From the NCBI GenBank assembly GCA_037443185.1, contig JBBIOV010000003.1:5458-69457 (forward strand): DNA of 64,000 nt. Direction: 5' to 3'. The stretch's first letter is position 1; every line of letters starts with the position of its first letter. Made by a program: the position numbers and the translations under genes. This document shows positions 1-10,669 of this stretch, piece after piece. Below the pieces are notes generated by a model that did not search any database, had not been told where the DNA came from, and was given only the letters and a program-made list of their open reading frames with translations. Source of the DNA: a bacterium (lineage in GTDB: Bacteria > Patescibacteriota > Minisyncoccia > 2-01-FULL-47-10 > JBBIMT01).

Positions 1-1035
1 TCGCCAACTTGAAAAATACTTTTATTATTTTCAATTTTAATATCAGCAATAGGCACTTGGTTAATTGTAAAAGTTTTTTTAGTGTAGTTTTTTTTAAAAA
101 GGTTGAGTTTCTACTAAAGTCTACTCCATTCCAGGAATAATTTCAATATTATTATCTGAAAATATAAAAGCTAATTTGCATTCGTAAGTTTTCTGTGCTT
201 CTACCTCAAAAGATAAAAATTTTTTATCTACTTTTATCGAACATCTGTCCATTGCACTACATTTCTTGCCGTTTACAGTTAATTGTTTTTCAAAACAAGA
301 AACTCCTTTGGCAAATACGGCAGTCGAAAAATCATTACCATTCAGTCCATTATTAATATTACCAGGTTTCCAATATATTGTTGGTGGCTATTTATTTATA
401 TCAACCGGCGGGCTATCATCTGGACCTCCAACATCTATCCAATCGCTTGGCTCATTTTTTACTTCAACTTCAACTGGTTTTTTTGGTAAAATAAGTACTC
501 CATCAGCCAGTGGTATATTTTCTTGAATAAAATAGATAGAATTTTTTAATTGGAAATCCATTTGTACTTGATACTGATAAGATGCTGTTGGATCAATTGT
601 TGCTGGAGGAGTATCTCCGTATTTTTTGATAAAATCGGCTTTTTGTGGTGATATTTTTACGATTTTAAATTTTACTCCGGTTGGTTTATCAATATATATT
701 TCTTCTTTTCCTGATCTATCAATCTGCTCTTTTGCATTAAAAGAATATCTATATAATTCTTCTTTTCCTGAATTATTTTTATCCAAAAATATCTCAAAAG
801 AAAAATTTTCTTGACCAAATACTAACTTACTAAAGGCTACTATACCAAAAAACATTAAAATAAAAACATTTCTTAAAAACATACCTTTTCTCTTTTTTAA
901 AACAAACGATATAACCGTAATAATTATTAAAATCGTTGATAAAGCCAAAAACCAAAATAATTGTTTTTTCAAAATATCGGCTATAACATGATTATTTTTT
1001 AACAAAAAATCATCTGTCAAAACAAACATTTCCAC
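1..1035 (-). pseudogene. Interrupted membrane-anchored/surface protein gene (ORF 388-1035 plus read-through remnant)
   Basis: The 215-aa ORF with two hydrophobic segments stops at TAG 390-388. The same frame stays open for ~88 more codons (PPTIYWKPGN...IIPGME) to another TAG, then a frameshifted tail (TFTINQVPIADIKIEN) runs off the window edge. Confidence 0.55.
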
Positions 1036-1044
1036 TTATGAAAG

Positions 1045-1350
1045 AAGCGCTATATTGTCCAGGGCAGTGAAATTATTATTAGAGGAAAAGACGATGTCGA
1101 AAAAATTATCCATATAGATGACAAAACAATTATTAAACTCTTCCGTGATATCATCAAACCGATGCAGCTAAATTTAGGCGACAATGTGGTTGTCATAAGA
1201 GATTCTGATAAAGAAGGTAAAATAAACGCCAAGTTTATCAGCGTTATCCCAGCATTCCCAACTCGAATGGATAATTCATATCATCTTTTCCTTTTAAAAA
1301 ATGTTTTAATAAAATTAAATTCATTTTATGAGGATAGAAAAATTTTTTGA
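1045..1350 (+). pseudogene. 5'-truncated small OB-fold-like (DUF5666-like) gene remnant
   Basis: Frame reads IVQGSEIIIRGKDDVEKIIHIDDKTII...LNLGDNVVVIRDSDKEGKINAKFISVIP, resembling the CPR small proteins found beside efflux operons. No start or promoter space upstream. Confidence 0.45.
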
Positions 1351-3134
1351 ACTAAATTATTAAACATAAAATCATCGTTTTAGTTGCACTTGCTCTTTTA
1401 TGGGGTGAATTTTATTTTATTAAAAATAATGGCGGTGGCACTTCAGAGCTAACTCATTATACTCTGACAACGACAACGGTTAAAAAAGAAACCATTATAC
1501 TTTCAGTTTCCGGGAGTGGAAAGTTTTATCTTTAAGTCAAATTGATTTGAAACCAAAAGTCTCGGGGACGTTATTTTTGTCGGTGTGAAAATGGCGATAA
1601 AGTTAAGAAAGGCGAACTTATTTTGCAAATTGATTCGCGTGAAGCGCAAAAATTAGTTCGAGATGCTCAAACAAACTTAGGAAGCGCAAAATTATCTTTT
1701 GAAAAATTGATTCAGCCGACAGATTCCTTTAACAATATTGCAGGCGGAAAATTCTTTAATAGAAATAAAAAAATTCTAAACTTCGCTATGGGGATAATTT
1801 AAAAAAATCTTATGAAGATAATTTAATAATGTTTTAAATGCTTTCTTAAATTTACCGTCAATTATAAGCGGATTAAATGATATTTTATTAGGAACAAACT
1901 TTAATTTTGTTCAAACGAATATGGATTATTATTCTTCTGAAGTTAAAATTTATGACCAGAAGATTTTGCAATACTAAGACGACGCTTATAAGTTATAACA
2001 AAAAGCTCGGGCTTTTTATGACAAAAATTTCGAAGATTACAAATCACTTTCAAGATTTTCTCCTGTTGAAGCGATTGAAGCATTAATTAGCCAAACTTAT
2101 GATACTGTAAAAGATATCGCTGAAGCAGTAAAAAGCGCTAATAATTTAATCCAATTTCATAAAGATAATTTATTGAAGAAAAATTGAAAACCTCATCCAC
2201 TTGCTGACACGCACCTTGCTCAGTTAACCATCTTTACTGCTAAAACTAATTCCTATCTTTTAAATCTTTTAAATATCAAACGTACTTTAGAAGATTTAAA
2301 AGAAAATATTGAGAGTTCTTCAAGAACTATGGAAGAAGAAAACAGCGATTCTTGAAAAATTAAAAAAGGACCAAATCCTCTTGATATTGAATCGCAAAGA
2401 CTTTTGATAAAACATAAAAAGAATGCCTTGCAAGATGCACAGGAAAAATCAGCTGATTATTCCTCTTTATGCTCCTTTTTCAGGAATTATCACAAAAATT
2501 ACTCTAAAAAAAGGAATTTTGTTTCTGCAAATTCAGTTATTGGCGTTTTACTTTCGCCCCAAAAAATAGCAGAAATTTCTTTAAGTGAAGTTGATATCTC
2601 AAAAGTTAAAATTAGTCAAAAAGCCGCCTTAAGCTTTGGGGTAGTACCAAATTTAAGTATTACAGATCAAGTTTCAAATATAGACACTATCGGATCTATT
2701 TCACAGGGGATCGTTTCTTTAATGTAAAAATAAGTTTTGATACTAATGATGAAAGAATTAAACCTGGAATTACCGTCAATGCGAATATTATTATCGATGT
2801 TAGGTCCGATGCTTTAGTTATTCCAATACAGCCCTAATTTCTCAAGGTAATAATTATTTTTTTAATATACCATCTAAAGATGAGACAGTCTTGCAGGATT
2901 TTATTCAAACTCAGCGTCAAAGCGCCTCAGGAGTGATTTTAAATACATTTTCTATTCGTCAAATTATTATCGCTGGTATTTTTGATGAAATATATTGAAG
3001 TTTTATCAGGCCTCAGCGAAGGTGATATAATAGTTGCAAGCGCCTTTAGAGCCAATAACACTACTTCCTCTAATAGAACTTTACCAACTCCTTCACCATT
3101 TAGAATTGCTGGCTTTGGTGGCTTTTTCAGGTAA
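1329..3134 (+). pseudogene. Efflux periplasmic adaptor subunit (MacA/HlyD-like), multiply frameshifted
   Basis: Fragments TTTVKKETIILSVSGSG, LILQIDSREAQKLVRDAQ, AEISLSEVDISKVKISQKA, DERIKPGITVNANII and IEVLSGLSEGD lie in changing frames with internal stops. Confidence 0.75.
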
Positions 3135-3195
3135 GAAATTTTTAATAAAAGTGTTCGTGAAATTTTATAATTTCAACGGAAAAGTTTTGCTTTAT

Positions 3196-3505
3196 ATGAT
3201 TGATTGTAAAAATATTTTCAAAATTTATAATAAAAGCGGAAAGATAGAAAATGTCGTTTAAAACGGATATCATTAAATATTTCATTAAATATTGAAAAAG
3301 GGTAATTCGTAGCGATTATGGGACTTTCCGGATCTGGTAAATCAACTTTAATGCATATTCTTGGTTGTCTTGATGCTTCAACAAGTGGCTATTACTTCTT
3401 AGATGGAAAAATGTTACTAAATTATCAGAAGATGAATTAGCTGATATTCGCAATGAAAAAAATCGGATTCGTATTTCAATCTTTTAATCCCTTGCTAAGA
3501 ACAAC
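3196..3505 (+). pseudogene. ABC transporter ATP-binding subunit (MacB/LolD-like), N-terminal fragment
   Basis: Walker [24 protein letters not shown] and IGFVFQSFN are present, with stops, frameshifts and a 12-bp tandem duplication (tcattaaatatt x2). The C-terminal half is missing. Confidence 0.8.
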
Positions 3506-4386
3506 CCAACGGCGTTTCCAAATTGTTTCTGAAACAGGTAATAATACTAATCAACTGTAATTGGTGTTTTTAATGATTATCTTTATGCACGTAATGTCAA
3601 ACTAAAAGAGGGGTCTTTTATTACCGATAATCATAATAGAAGTTTATCGCGCGTTGCCGTGTTAGGATCTGTGATGGCTGTTGATTTATTTAAAAAGGAA
3701 TAAATCCAATAAAAAACTATTCTTATCAATAAAATTAATTTCAAAGTAATCGTCATTTTATAAAAAAAAGAAAAACGATTTTTTTAATCCGGACGATTTA
3801 GTTTTGGCGCTACTTTTAACAATGCAAAAAGTTTTAACCGGCAATGATTTTCTTTTAAACATTACCTTAAGCATATTAGATAAACAACAAATTGATACTG
3901 TTAAAGAACATAACTTTGCTTTTAACGCAAAAACGCAGAGTTGCTGAACCTGATTTTATGTCGTGTAGCAGTCTGATATCGTTGGCGCTTTAACTCAAGT
4001 GACGATGACTTTTACAATTTTTTAGCTTCTATCGCTGGCATTTCACTTGTCGTTGGCGGAATCGGTATTATGAATATGATGCTTACTGCTGTTACTGAAT
4101 GAACTTGAGAGATAGGTTTGCATAAAGCGATTGAAGCCCAAAAAAAGATATTACGATGCAGTTTTTAGCAGAAGCGATTACGCTGACTTTTGGTAGTGGA
4201 ATTTTGGGTATAATTTTGGGGTGGACAGTTTTTGTTTCCCAAGTAACTGGTATCAATAATTAAATTTCTCTGTTTGCAATTTTTCTTGCAATCGGAGTTT
4301 CAGCGGCTATTGGGATAATTATTTGGTTTTTTCCAGCGAAACGCGCTGTATCGCTCAACCCTATTGATGCTTTAAAATATGAATAA
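3506..4386 (+). pseudogene. ABC transporter permease (MacB/FtsX-like), fragment
   Basis: SIAGISLVVGGIGIMNMMLTAVTE*T*EIGLHKAI, QFLAEAITLT and FFPAKRAVSLNPIDALKYE*, with stops and frameshifts. Confidence 0.8.
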
Positions 4387-4461
4387 GATTTTTCCAAAAT
4401 GAATATTAAATGGAAGATTTAATTTTCATAATTTTTTTGAAATTAAATTTTTCTCAAAAAT

Positions 4462-4883
4462 ATGCAAAAAAATATCATCATTTCAGTATTAATAACTTTA
4501 ATTATTGGTGGTGCTTTTGGTTTTTAAGGCGGAATGAAATATTCCCAAAATAAAAAACAAGTTTCAGAGATTTAATTTTTGAACAAGGATAACAAAGAGG
4601 ACAACAATTTGAAAATTTTGGAAATTGTTCGAAGCAGGATTTTATTACCGGAAAAATAATCCCAAAGGATGATAAAAGTATTACAATAAAACTGCGCGAC
4701 GGTGGTTCAAAAATTGTTTTTTATTCATCTCAAACCGAAATTAGCAAATTTGCGAAAGAAGAAATCGCTGATTTGCAGATTGGCGATAATTTTTTAATTA
4801 GTGGGAAAGCCGGTGCAGATGGAAGTTTCATTGCCCAAACAATTCAGCTTAGACCAATCATTCAAATGCCTTTGCAAAGATAA
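4462..4883 (+). pseudogene. DUF5666-like small exported protein, interrupted
   Basis: N-terminal hydrophobic stretch, in-frame TAA, then GFITGKIIPKDDKSITIKLRDGGSKIVFYSSQTEISKF...GSFIAQTIQLRP. Confidence 0.6.
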
Positions 4884-5005
4884 AAAATAGAATATTATTG
4901 ACTTTTTAGATTATATACAAGATAAAATTTGATATCTTTTTATTTTAAATATTTTCAATTAAAAGGCACTTGCGTAAATTTTAATTTCGCTTAAGATAAT
5001 CTATT

Positions 5006-6130
5006 ATGAAAGTAGCTTTAGTGCATGATTATTTGACGCAATTTGGCGGAGCGGAACAAGTGTTAAAAGCGCTATGTGAAATATTCCCTGAAGCGCCAAT
5101 TTATACTCTGATATACGATGAACAGAGAACGCACTATGTTTTTAAAAATACAAAAATAATCTCATCTTTTATTCAAAATTTACCTTTTTCGCGACGCCAC
5201 CATCGTTTCTATCCGTGGCTGATGCCAATTGCAATAGAAAGTTTTGATTTGTCAAAATATGATTTAGTTGTATCAGACTCAGCCTCGTTTGCCAAAGGCA
5301 TAATTACGCGGCCTCAAACTTTACATATTTGTTACTGTCACACTCCATTGCGTTATATATGGACTGATTCGCAAAGAGCCAACCTGGATTTTAAAAATTT
5401 CCCTTTTGCCTCTTTAATTATTCCTTATTTTCAGCATTATTTAAGATTATGGGATTTTGCTGCGGCGCAGAGAGTTGATTATTTCATTGCTAATTCCAAA
5501 AATGTCAGTCAAAGAATTAAAAAATACTACCGCCGAGATTCAGAGATAATATATCCACCAGTGCGAGTTTTGGAGATACAAAATAAACTTAAAAAAATAG
5601 AAAAAAAAGAAAAGCCTTTTCAAGATAAATATTTTTTGATTGTATCTAGACTTTTACCTTATAAATCCGTTGATATAGCTATTAAAGCATTTAAGGCTTT
5701 ACCTCAAGAAAATTTAATAGTGGTCGGCGGAGGAGCTCAATTAAATTATCTTAAAAAAATAGCGCCCAAAAATGTTTTTTTTGTCGGCGAAATACCTTTT
5801 GAAAAAATTGCCCCGTATTACGCTTTTGCTAAGGCTTTAATTTTTCCTCAGGAAGAAGATTTTGGTATGGCGGCGGTCGAGGCGTTGGCTTGTGGTCTTC
5901 CAGTTATTGGTTATAATCGTGGCGGTATAAAAGAAATTATAAAAGATAATGAATCTGGAATTTTATACGATGAGCAAAACGAAAAATCACTGTTCCAGGC
6001 AATAAAAAAATTTTTAGATAAAAAAGTGAAATTTAACAAAGAAAAATTAATGAAAGAAGCTCAACAATTTGATGAAGGAATATTTAAAGAAAAAATAAAA
6101 AACTTTATTCAAAACTTGTATAAAAAGTAA
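5006..6130 (+). CDS. Glycosyltransferase family 4 (GT-B)
   Basis: MKVALVHDYLTQFGGAEQV N-terminus and EDFGMAAVEALACGLPVI motif. Confidence 0.92.
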   Translation: MKVALVHDYLTQFGGAEQVLKALCEIFPEAPIYTLIYDEQRTHYVFKNTKIISSFIQNLPFSRRHHRFYPWLMPIAIESFDLSKYDLVVSDSASFAKGIITRPQTLHICYCHTPLRYIWTDSQRANLDFKNFPFASLIIPYFQHYLRLWDFAAAQRVDYFIANSKNVSQRIKKYYRRDSEIIYPPVRVLEIQNKLKKIEKKEKPFQDKYFLIVSRLLPYKSVDIAIKAFKALPQENLIVVGGGAQLNYLKKIAPKNVFFVGEIPFEKIAPYYAFAKALIFPQEEDFGMAAVEALACGLPVIGYNRGGIKEIIKDNESGILYDEQNEKSLFQAIKKFLDKKVKFNKEKLMKEAQQFDEGIFKEKIKNFIQNLYKK

Positions 6131-6155
6131 AGAAAATAATTTTTTTAAACCAGAT

Positions 6156-7016
6156 TTAAAGTTTTCCTGCAGCGCCAAATAAAATTATTTTTTCTTTAAT
6201 CAATTTGTAAACTGTTTCTTTTGGAGTTTCAAATAATTTATAAGGCGTAGTTTCTTGAGGAGACTTTTTTATCTCTTCCTTTAAAGTATTAGTAAAAGCA
6301 AGGCGCACTTCGGTGTTGATGTGAATATTGTTTATGCCGTTTTTTATAGCATTTTTTATATCGCTTTCGCTAATGCCTGAACCGCCATGCAAAACTAAAG
6401 TTTGATTAGGCATAACATTATTTATTTCTTTTAAAAGTTTTATATCTAAAGAAGGATTACCTTTTAAGGTTATTCCATGAAAATTTCCAATCATTATTGC
6501 TAATCTATCGACGGAAGTTTTTTGGATGTAAGCTAAAGCTTCGTTTGGTTTTGTAAAATCTTCTTTTTTTAATTCTATTTTTTCGTGGATTTTCGATTCC
6601 CCAGCAATAAAACCTAACTCTCCTTCAACAGAAATATTTAAATCTTTCTTTTTTGCATAATTTAAAACTTCTTTAGTCATTTTTACATTTTCTTCAAAAG
6701 GATACTCCGAGGCGTCAATATGAATTGAATCATATCCAGCATCAATGGCTTTTTTTGCGTTTTCTACAGACTTTGTATGATCAGCGTTTAAAAATACTGG
6801 AAATCCAGTTTTAATCCTAAAACCTTTCACTAAACTAACAGCTTCCTCAAGCTCCATAAATTTTCTTTCTCCTTCTGAAGTGCCAATCATAACGGGGCTT
6901 TTTAATTCTCGCGCTGCATCTAAAATAGCATCAAAAATAATTGAATCGGCGATATTAAAATGAGGCAATGCCCATTTTTCTTTTTTAGCCCTATTTAACC
7001 AATAAGAGAGAGTCAT
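6156..7016 (-). CDS. fba: Class II fructose-bisphosphate aldolase
   Basis: PVFLNADH, VEGELG, IGNFHG, LVLHGGSG and NIHINTE motifs. Start revised to ATG 7016, which lies 7 nt after a TATACT -10 box. Confidence 0.9.
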   Translation of the reverse strand: MTLSYWLNRAKKEKWALPHFNIADSIIFDAILDAARELKSPVMIGTSEGERKFMELEEAVSLVKGFRIKTGFPVFLNADHTKSVENAKKAIDAGYDSIHIDASEYPFEENVKMTKEVLNYAKKKDLNISVEGELGFIAGESKIHEKIELKKEDFTKPNEALAYIQKTSVDRLAIMIGNFHGITLKGNPSLDIKLLKEINNVMPNQTLVLHGGSGISESDIKNAIKNGINNIHINTEVRLAFTNTLKEEIKKSPQETTPYKLFETPKETVYKLIKEKIILFGAAGKL

Positions 7017-7023
7017 TGATATT

Positions 7024-7052
7024 AGTATATAGTATTTAACATATAGTATCAA
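7024..7052 (-). promoter_or_regulatory. Sigma70-type promoter of fba, probably leaderless
   Basis: TTGATA-17 nt-TATACT, then 7 nt to ATG, with no SD. Confidence 0.6.
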
Positions 7053-7142
7053 GACTTTAAAAGTTAAACCTTTATAGCATATAATATCGCAAATCAAACA
7101 GTAAAAGTTGGTAATCTATTTATTTTAGGTTAAAATATTTTT

Positions 7143-8507
7143 ATGGAAATATTTTTAAAAGACATAAAATTGCCTATGTTCAAGAGAGTGCTAAAAGAAA
7201 AATATTGCTTTTTGATTTTTTTGATTTTTTTGACTACTATTTCTTTTAATTTTCCTGGGAAAATTTTTGCTTTAACGCGCGAAGAGCTTGAAGAAGAGTT
7301 AAAAAAAATTGAATTACAAATAAAAGAATACGAAAGAGAACTTGTTAAAACTCAAACTCAAAAACAAACTTTAATTAACACAATTAATCAGTTAAAAAAA
7401 GAACAAGAAAAAATTTCGCTTCAAATACGATCAACGAATTTGCAAATTAAAAAATTAGATAAAGAAATTGCTTCAGTGGAGAAGTTAATAAAAAATTTAT
7501 TGGAAAAAATTAATACTTTAAAGAACGATGTCTCGGGAATTATTCGCGTAATGTATGCTCGTGACAAGATATCTTTGGTGGAACTTTTCTTAACATCTAA
7601 CAGTTTTTCATCTTTTGTTTCAAAATCTGAAGCGTTAAAACAATTGTCCCAAAAACTCAATCTCGTTTTAAAAGAAGTTAAAAGGACAAAAGAAGAACTG
7701 GAACAGAAGCGTCAAGAACTTGAATCTAAACAAAATGACAAAAAAAATCTTTTAGCGATTCAAATTTTGCAGAGTCAAAATCTTCAATTTAAAACCGCTC
7801 AGCAAAATCAAATCTTAAAAGAAACGCAAGGCAAAGAAGCTAAATACCAAGCTTCTATCGCTGATTCAAAAAAACGCGCTCAGGAGATTCGAAGTCGTAT
7901 TTATGAACTTTTGGGAGTTAGCAATCAAATTACCTTCGGGGAAGCTGTGGAAATTGCTAAATGGGCGGAAAGTTTAACAGGGGTGCGCGCCGCTTTGCTC
8001 TTGGCAGTGTTAACTCAAGAGTCAAATTTAGGAAAAAATGTCGGGACTTGCAATCGACCAAGCGATCCACCTTCCAAAAGCTGGAAGGTGGTTATGAAGC
8101 CTGATCGAGATCAAAGTCATTTTTTAGCCATTTTGAATGAATTAAAAATGAATCCTGATGTTACTCCAATATCTTGTCCGATGCGCGATGCAAAAGGCAA
8201 TCAAATAGGGTGGGGAGGGGCAATGGGTCCAGCGCAATTTATTCCTTCAACTTGGGTGTTATATAAAGATAAAATCTCCGCTTTAACAGGTAAGAAACCG
8301 GCTAATCCTTGGAATATTAAAGATGCTTTTTTAGGAGCGGCTCTTTTATTAAAAGATAACGGTGCTATCACTGGTAATCAGGAGGCTGAATGGGCTGCGG
8401 CAATGAGATATTTTTCTGGCTCTACCAATCCTCGTTTTCGGTTTTATGGAGATAATGTGATGGCGATTGCTAAAAAATATGAACAAGATATCAAGGATAT
8501 AAGCTAA
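7143..8507 (+). CDS. Secreted coiled-coil protein with C-terminal lytic murein transglycosylase (SLT_2-like) domain
   Basis: Signal/TM segment, long heptad region, then LAVLTQESNLG and GAMGPAQFIPSTW motifs. Confidence 0.85.
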   Translation: MEIFLKDIKLPMFKRVLKEKYCFLIFLIFLTTISFNFPGKIFALTREELEEELKKIELQIKEYERELVKTQTQKQTLINTINQLKKEQEKISLQIRSTNLQIKKLDKEIASVEKLIKNLLEKINTLKNDVSGIIRVMYARDKISLVELFLTSNSFSSFVSKSEALKQLSQKLNLVLKEVKRTKEELEQKRQELESKQNDKKNLLAIQILQSQNLQFKTAQQNQILKETQGKEAKYQASIADSKKRAQEIRSRIYELLGVSNQITFGEAVEIAKWAESLTGVRAALLLAVLTQESNLGKNVGTCNRPSDPPSKSWKVVMKPDRDQSHFLAILNELKMNPDVTPISCPMRDAKGNQIGWGGAMGPAQFIPSTWVLYKDKISALTGKKPANPWNIKDAFLGAALLLKDNGAITGNQEAEWAAAMRYFSGSTNPRFRFYGDNVMAIAKKYEQDIKDIS

Positions 8508-8627
8508 TACAATCAAGTAGTTAAAGTCAAGCTTATATTAAAGAGGCAAACTTGATAATTGATTTTGAAAATCTTGCATTTTTTACAAGTATTGTTATAA
8601 TCTAACCACATTATAATTATTAACTTT

Positions 8628-9158
8628 ATCAATATCATTTTTCGTTATAGAATCAATCAACAAATAATCGTCCCAAAAGTCAGATTAATTGACGAAAATG
8701 GAGTGCAGATTGGCATAGTATCTCTTGAGGAGGCTAAAAAAATGGCTATAGACCGAGGTCTTGATTTGGTTGAAGTACAGCCTAATGCCGATCCTCCAGT
8801 TGTTAAGATTATTGATTTTTCAAAATTTTTGTATCAGTTTAAAAAAGCCAAAAAGAATAAGCCCCAACAAATCAAAACAAAGATTATTAGATTTTCGGTA
8901 AGAATAGCTGAACACGATTTGAATGTCAAAGCAAATCAAGCTTCAAAGTTTTTAAGCAAAGAATATAAAGTTCAAGTATTTTTAACATTAAAGGGGCGCG
9001 AGAAAGAACATAAAGATTTAGCTAAAGAGAAATTGCAAGAATTTTTAAATAAAATAAAGGAGGAATACGCTATTGAAACACCGCTAAAAGAAACTCCGGC
9101 AGGATTAACAATTTTATTAAGGAAAATCAATGCTCAAAACAAAAAAGTCAGCAGCTAA
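8628..9158 (+). CDS. infC: Translation initiation factor IF-3 (non-canonical start, position approximate)
   Basis: The in-frame upstream extension YRINQQIIVPKVRLIDENG precedes the annotated GTG 8703. Also GLDLVEV...PPVVKIIDF and the infC-rpmI-rplT order. Confidence 0.92.
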   Translation: MNIIFRYRINQQIIVPKVRLIDENGVQIGIVSLEEAKKMAIDRGLDLVEVQPNADPPVVKIIDFSKFLYQFKKAKKNKPQQIKTKIIRFSVRIAEHDLNVKANQASKFLSKEYKVQVFLTLKGREKEHKDLAKEKLQEFLNKIKEEYAIETPLKETPAGLTILLRKINAQNKKVSS

Positions 9159-9321
9159 AAGATTTAAAATTACTAGCACTGGAAAAGTGCTTTTTCGGCC
9201 TGCTGGTATAAATCATTTTAGGGCAAAAAAATCTTCTAACGAATTAAGAGCAAAAAAAGTCTGGAAAAAATTAGAAGGTAAATTAGCAAAACAAATTAAA
9301 AGACTCTTACCATATCATTGA
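9130..9321 (+). CDS. rpmI: 50S ribosomal protein L35
   Basis: KTKKSAAKRFKITSTGK motif and synteny. Confidence 0.95.
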   Translation: MLKTKKSAAKRFKITSTGKVLFRPAGINHFRAKKSSNELRAKKVWKKLEGKLAKQIKRLLPYH

Positions 9322-9415
9322 ATGTATAAAATCGATAGCAAGGCGCAGGTTTAATGACTTGATAATTTAAATTTATTAATAGTTGTAATTTTCCATAACA
9401 AACTAAAAATAATTT

Positions 9416-9769
9416 ATGCGTATCAAACGCGGAAAAGCAAGATTAAAAAGAAGGAAGCATATTTTAGAAGATGCTAAGGGTTTTAAATGGGGTAGAAAAT
9501 CAAAACTTCGTGCCGCTAAAGAAGCTCTTTTGCATGCACGCTATTTTGCTTATAGGGATCGTAAAAAGAAAAAATCAGAATTTAGAAAATTATGGAATAT
9601 TCAAATTAATGCTGCAGTTAGAGAATACGGAATATCTTATAGTAAGTTTATTTTTGGCTTGAAAAAATCAGGTTTAGCTATTGACCGAAAAATGCTTTCA
9701 GATTTAGCTCAGAATGCGCCATCGACCTTTAAAGCCGTTGTTTTAAAAGTAAAATCAGCCCTAAAGTAA
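9416..9769 (+). CDS. rplT: 50S ribosomal protein L20
   Basis: MRIKRG, AYRDRKKKKSEFRKLW..INAA and IDRKMLSDLA motifs. Confidence 0.96.
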   Translation: MRIKRGKARLKRRKHILEDAKGFKWGRKSKLRAAKEALLHARYFAYRDRKKKKSEFRKLWNIQINAAVREYGISYSKFIFGLKKSGLAIDRKMLSDLAQNAPSTFKAVVLKVKSALK

Positions 9770-10115
9770 AAACTCCTGTACTATCAACTAGGAAATCAAA
9801 AATATCACTATTTCTGCCAATGACGAAATGTTGATGAAATTCATCAGAAGCGCTATAAGCTAAAGCTACAAGCACCGCTTTTAAAAGCGGATTTTTTATT
9901 TTTTTATGTTGTTTTAAAGCGTTGAAAAGCAAAAAAGTAAAAATAAAAAATTCCGCAAAATGAGCGCTTTTACTTAACAATTCGCCTACGATTCCAGTGG
10001 GTAGAAAAAAAGAAGGTTGGGCAGAAAGAAAAAATATAACTGCCGCCCAAAATAATACTAAAAACCAATGGGAAATGACTCGAATTTTAAATGAATATTG
10101 ATGATAAGAAATCAT
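9729..10115 (-). CDS. VanZ-family membrane protein
   Basis: WAAVIFFLSAQP, KSAHFAEF and YSASDEFHQHFVIGR..DIFD motifs. Confidence 0.85.
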   Translation of the reverse strand: MISYHQYSFKIRVISHWFLVLFWAAVIFFLSAQPSFFLPTGIVGELLSKSAHFAEFFIFTFLLFNALKQHKKIKNPLLKAVLVALAYSASDEFHQHFVIGRNSDIFDFLVDSTGVFTLGLILLLKQRL

Positions 10116-10560
10116 TTGCTTTTTTAAGTATTTTTTTTAAATTTTTATATTTAAGTTTCTTTAACGCTTTTTCATATGATGCCCAAATAAATTTTTTATG
10201 TTCATATGAAAGTCGCACTTTTTTAGAATAACTTTGGGCTAAAAAGAAATAAACTATTTTATATATTTTTTGTTTCCTTTTTTTCTGGTTTTGCTGAAAA
10301 TAATAAGAAATCTTTTCCTTGAATCCCTGATTTATTTTTTTTATTTTTAAACCGGTTTCTTCCCAAACTTCTCTTAAAGCCGCTTGTTCTAAAGTTTCAT
10401 TTTTTTTAAGATGGCCCTTTGGAAAATTCCAGATTTCATTTTCTCCTTGTAAAAGCAAAAACTTGAGACCTTTGTTGTCTTTTGAAAAAACCACGATGCC
10501 AGCACTGACCTCTTTTTTAGTAATACCAGTAATAAACTTTTTTGGAGATGTTTTAACCAA
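10087..10560 (-). CDS. NUDIX hydrolase (Ap4A hydrolase-like)
   Basis: Nudix box WNFPKGHLKKNETLEQAALREVWEETGL, plus SAGIVV and LSYEH. Confidence 0.9.
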   Translation of the reverse strand: MVKTSPKKFITGITKKEVSAGIVVFSKDNKGLKFLLLQGENEIWNFPKGHLKKNETLEQAALREVWEETGLKIKKINQGFKEKISYYFQQNQKKRKQKIYKIVYFFLAQSYSKKVRLSYEHKKFIWASYEKALKKLKYKNLKKILKKANDFLSSIFI

Positions 10561-10669
10561 AATGCAATTTTATAAAAATTTTATCAATCTGTTTTTTTAA
10601 AAAACTATTGATTGAGTCAACATTATATTTTTTTAAAAATATCAGTGATTTAAATTTTAAAATTTTTAA

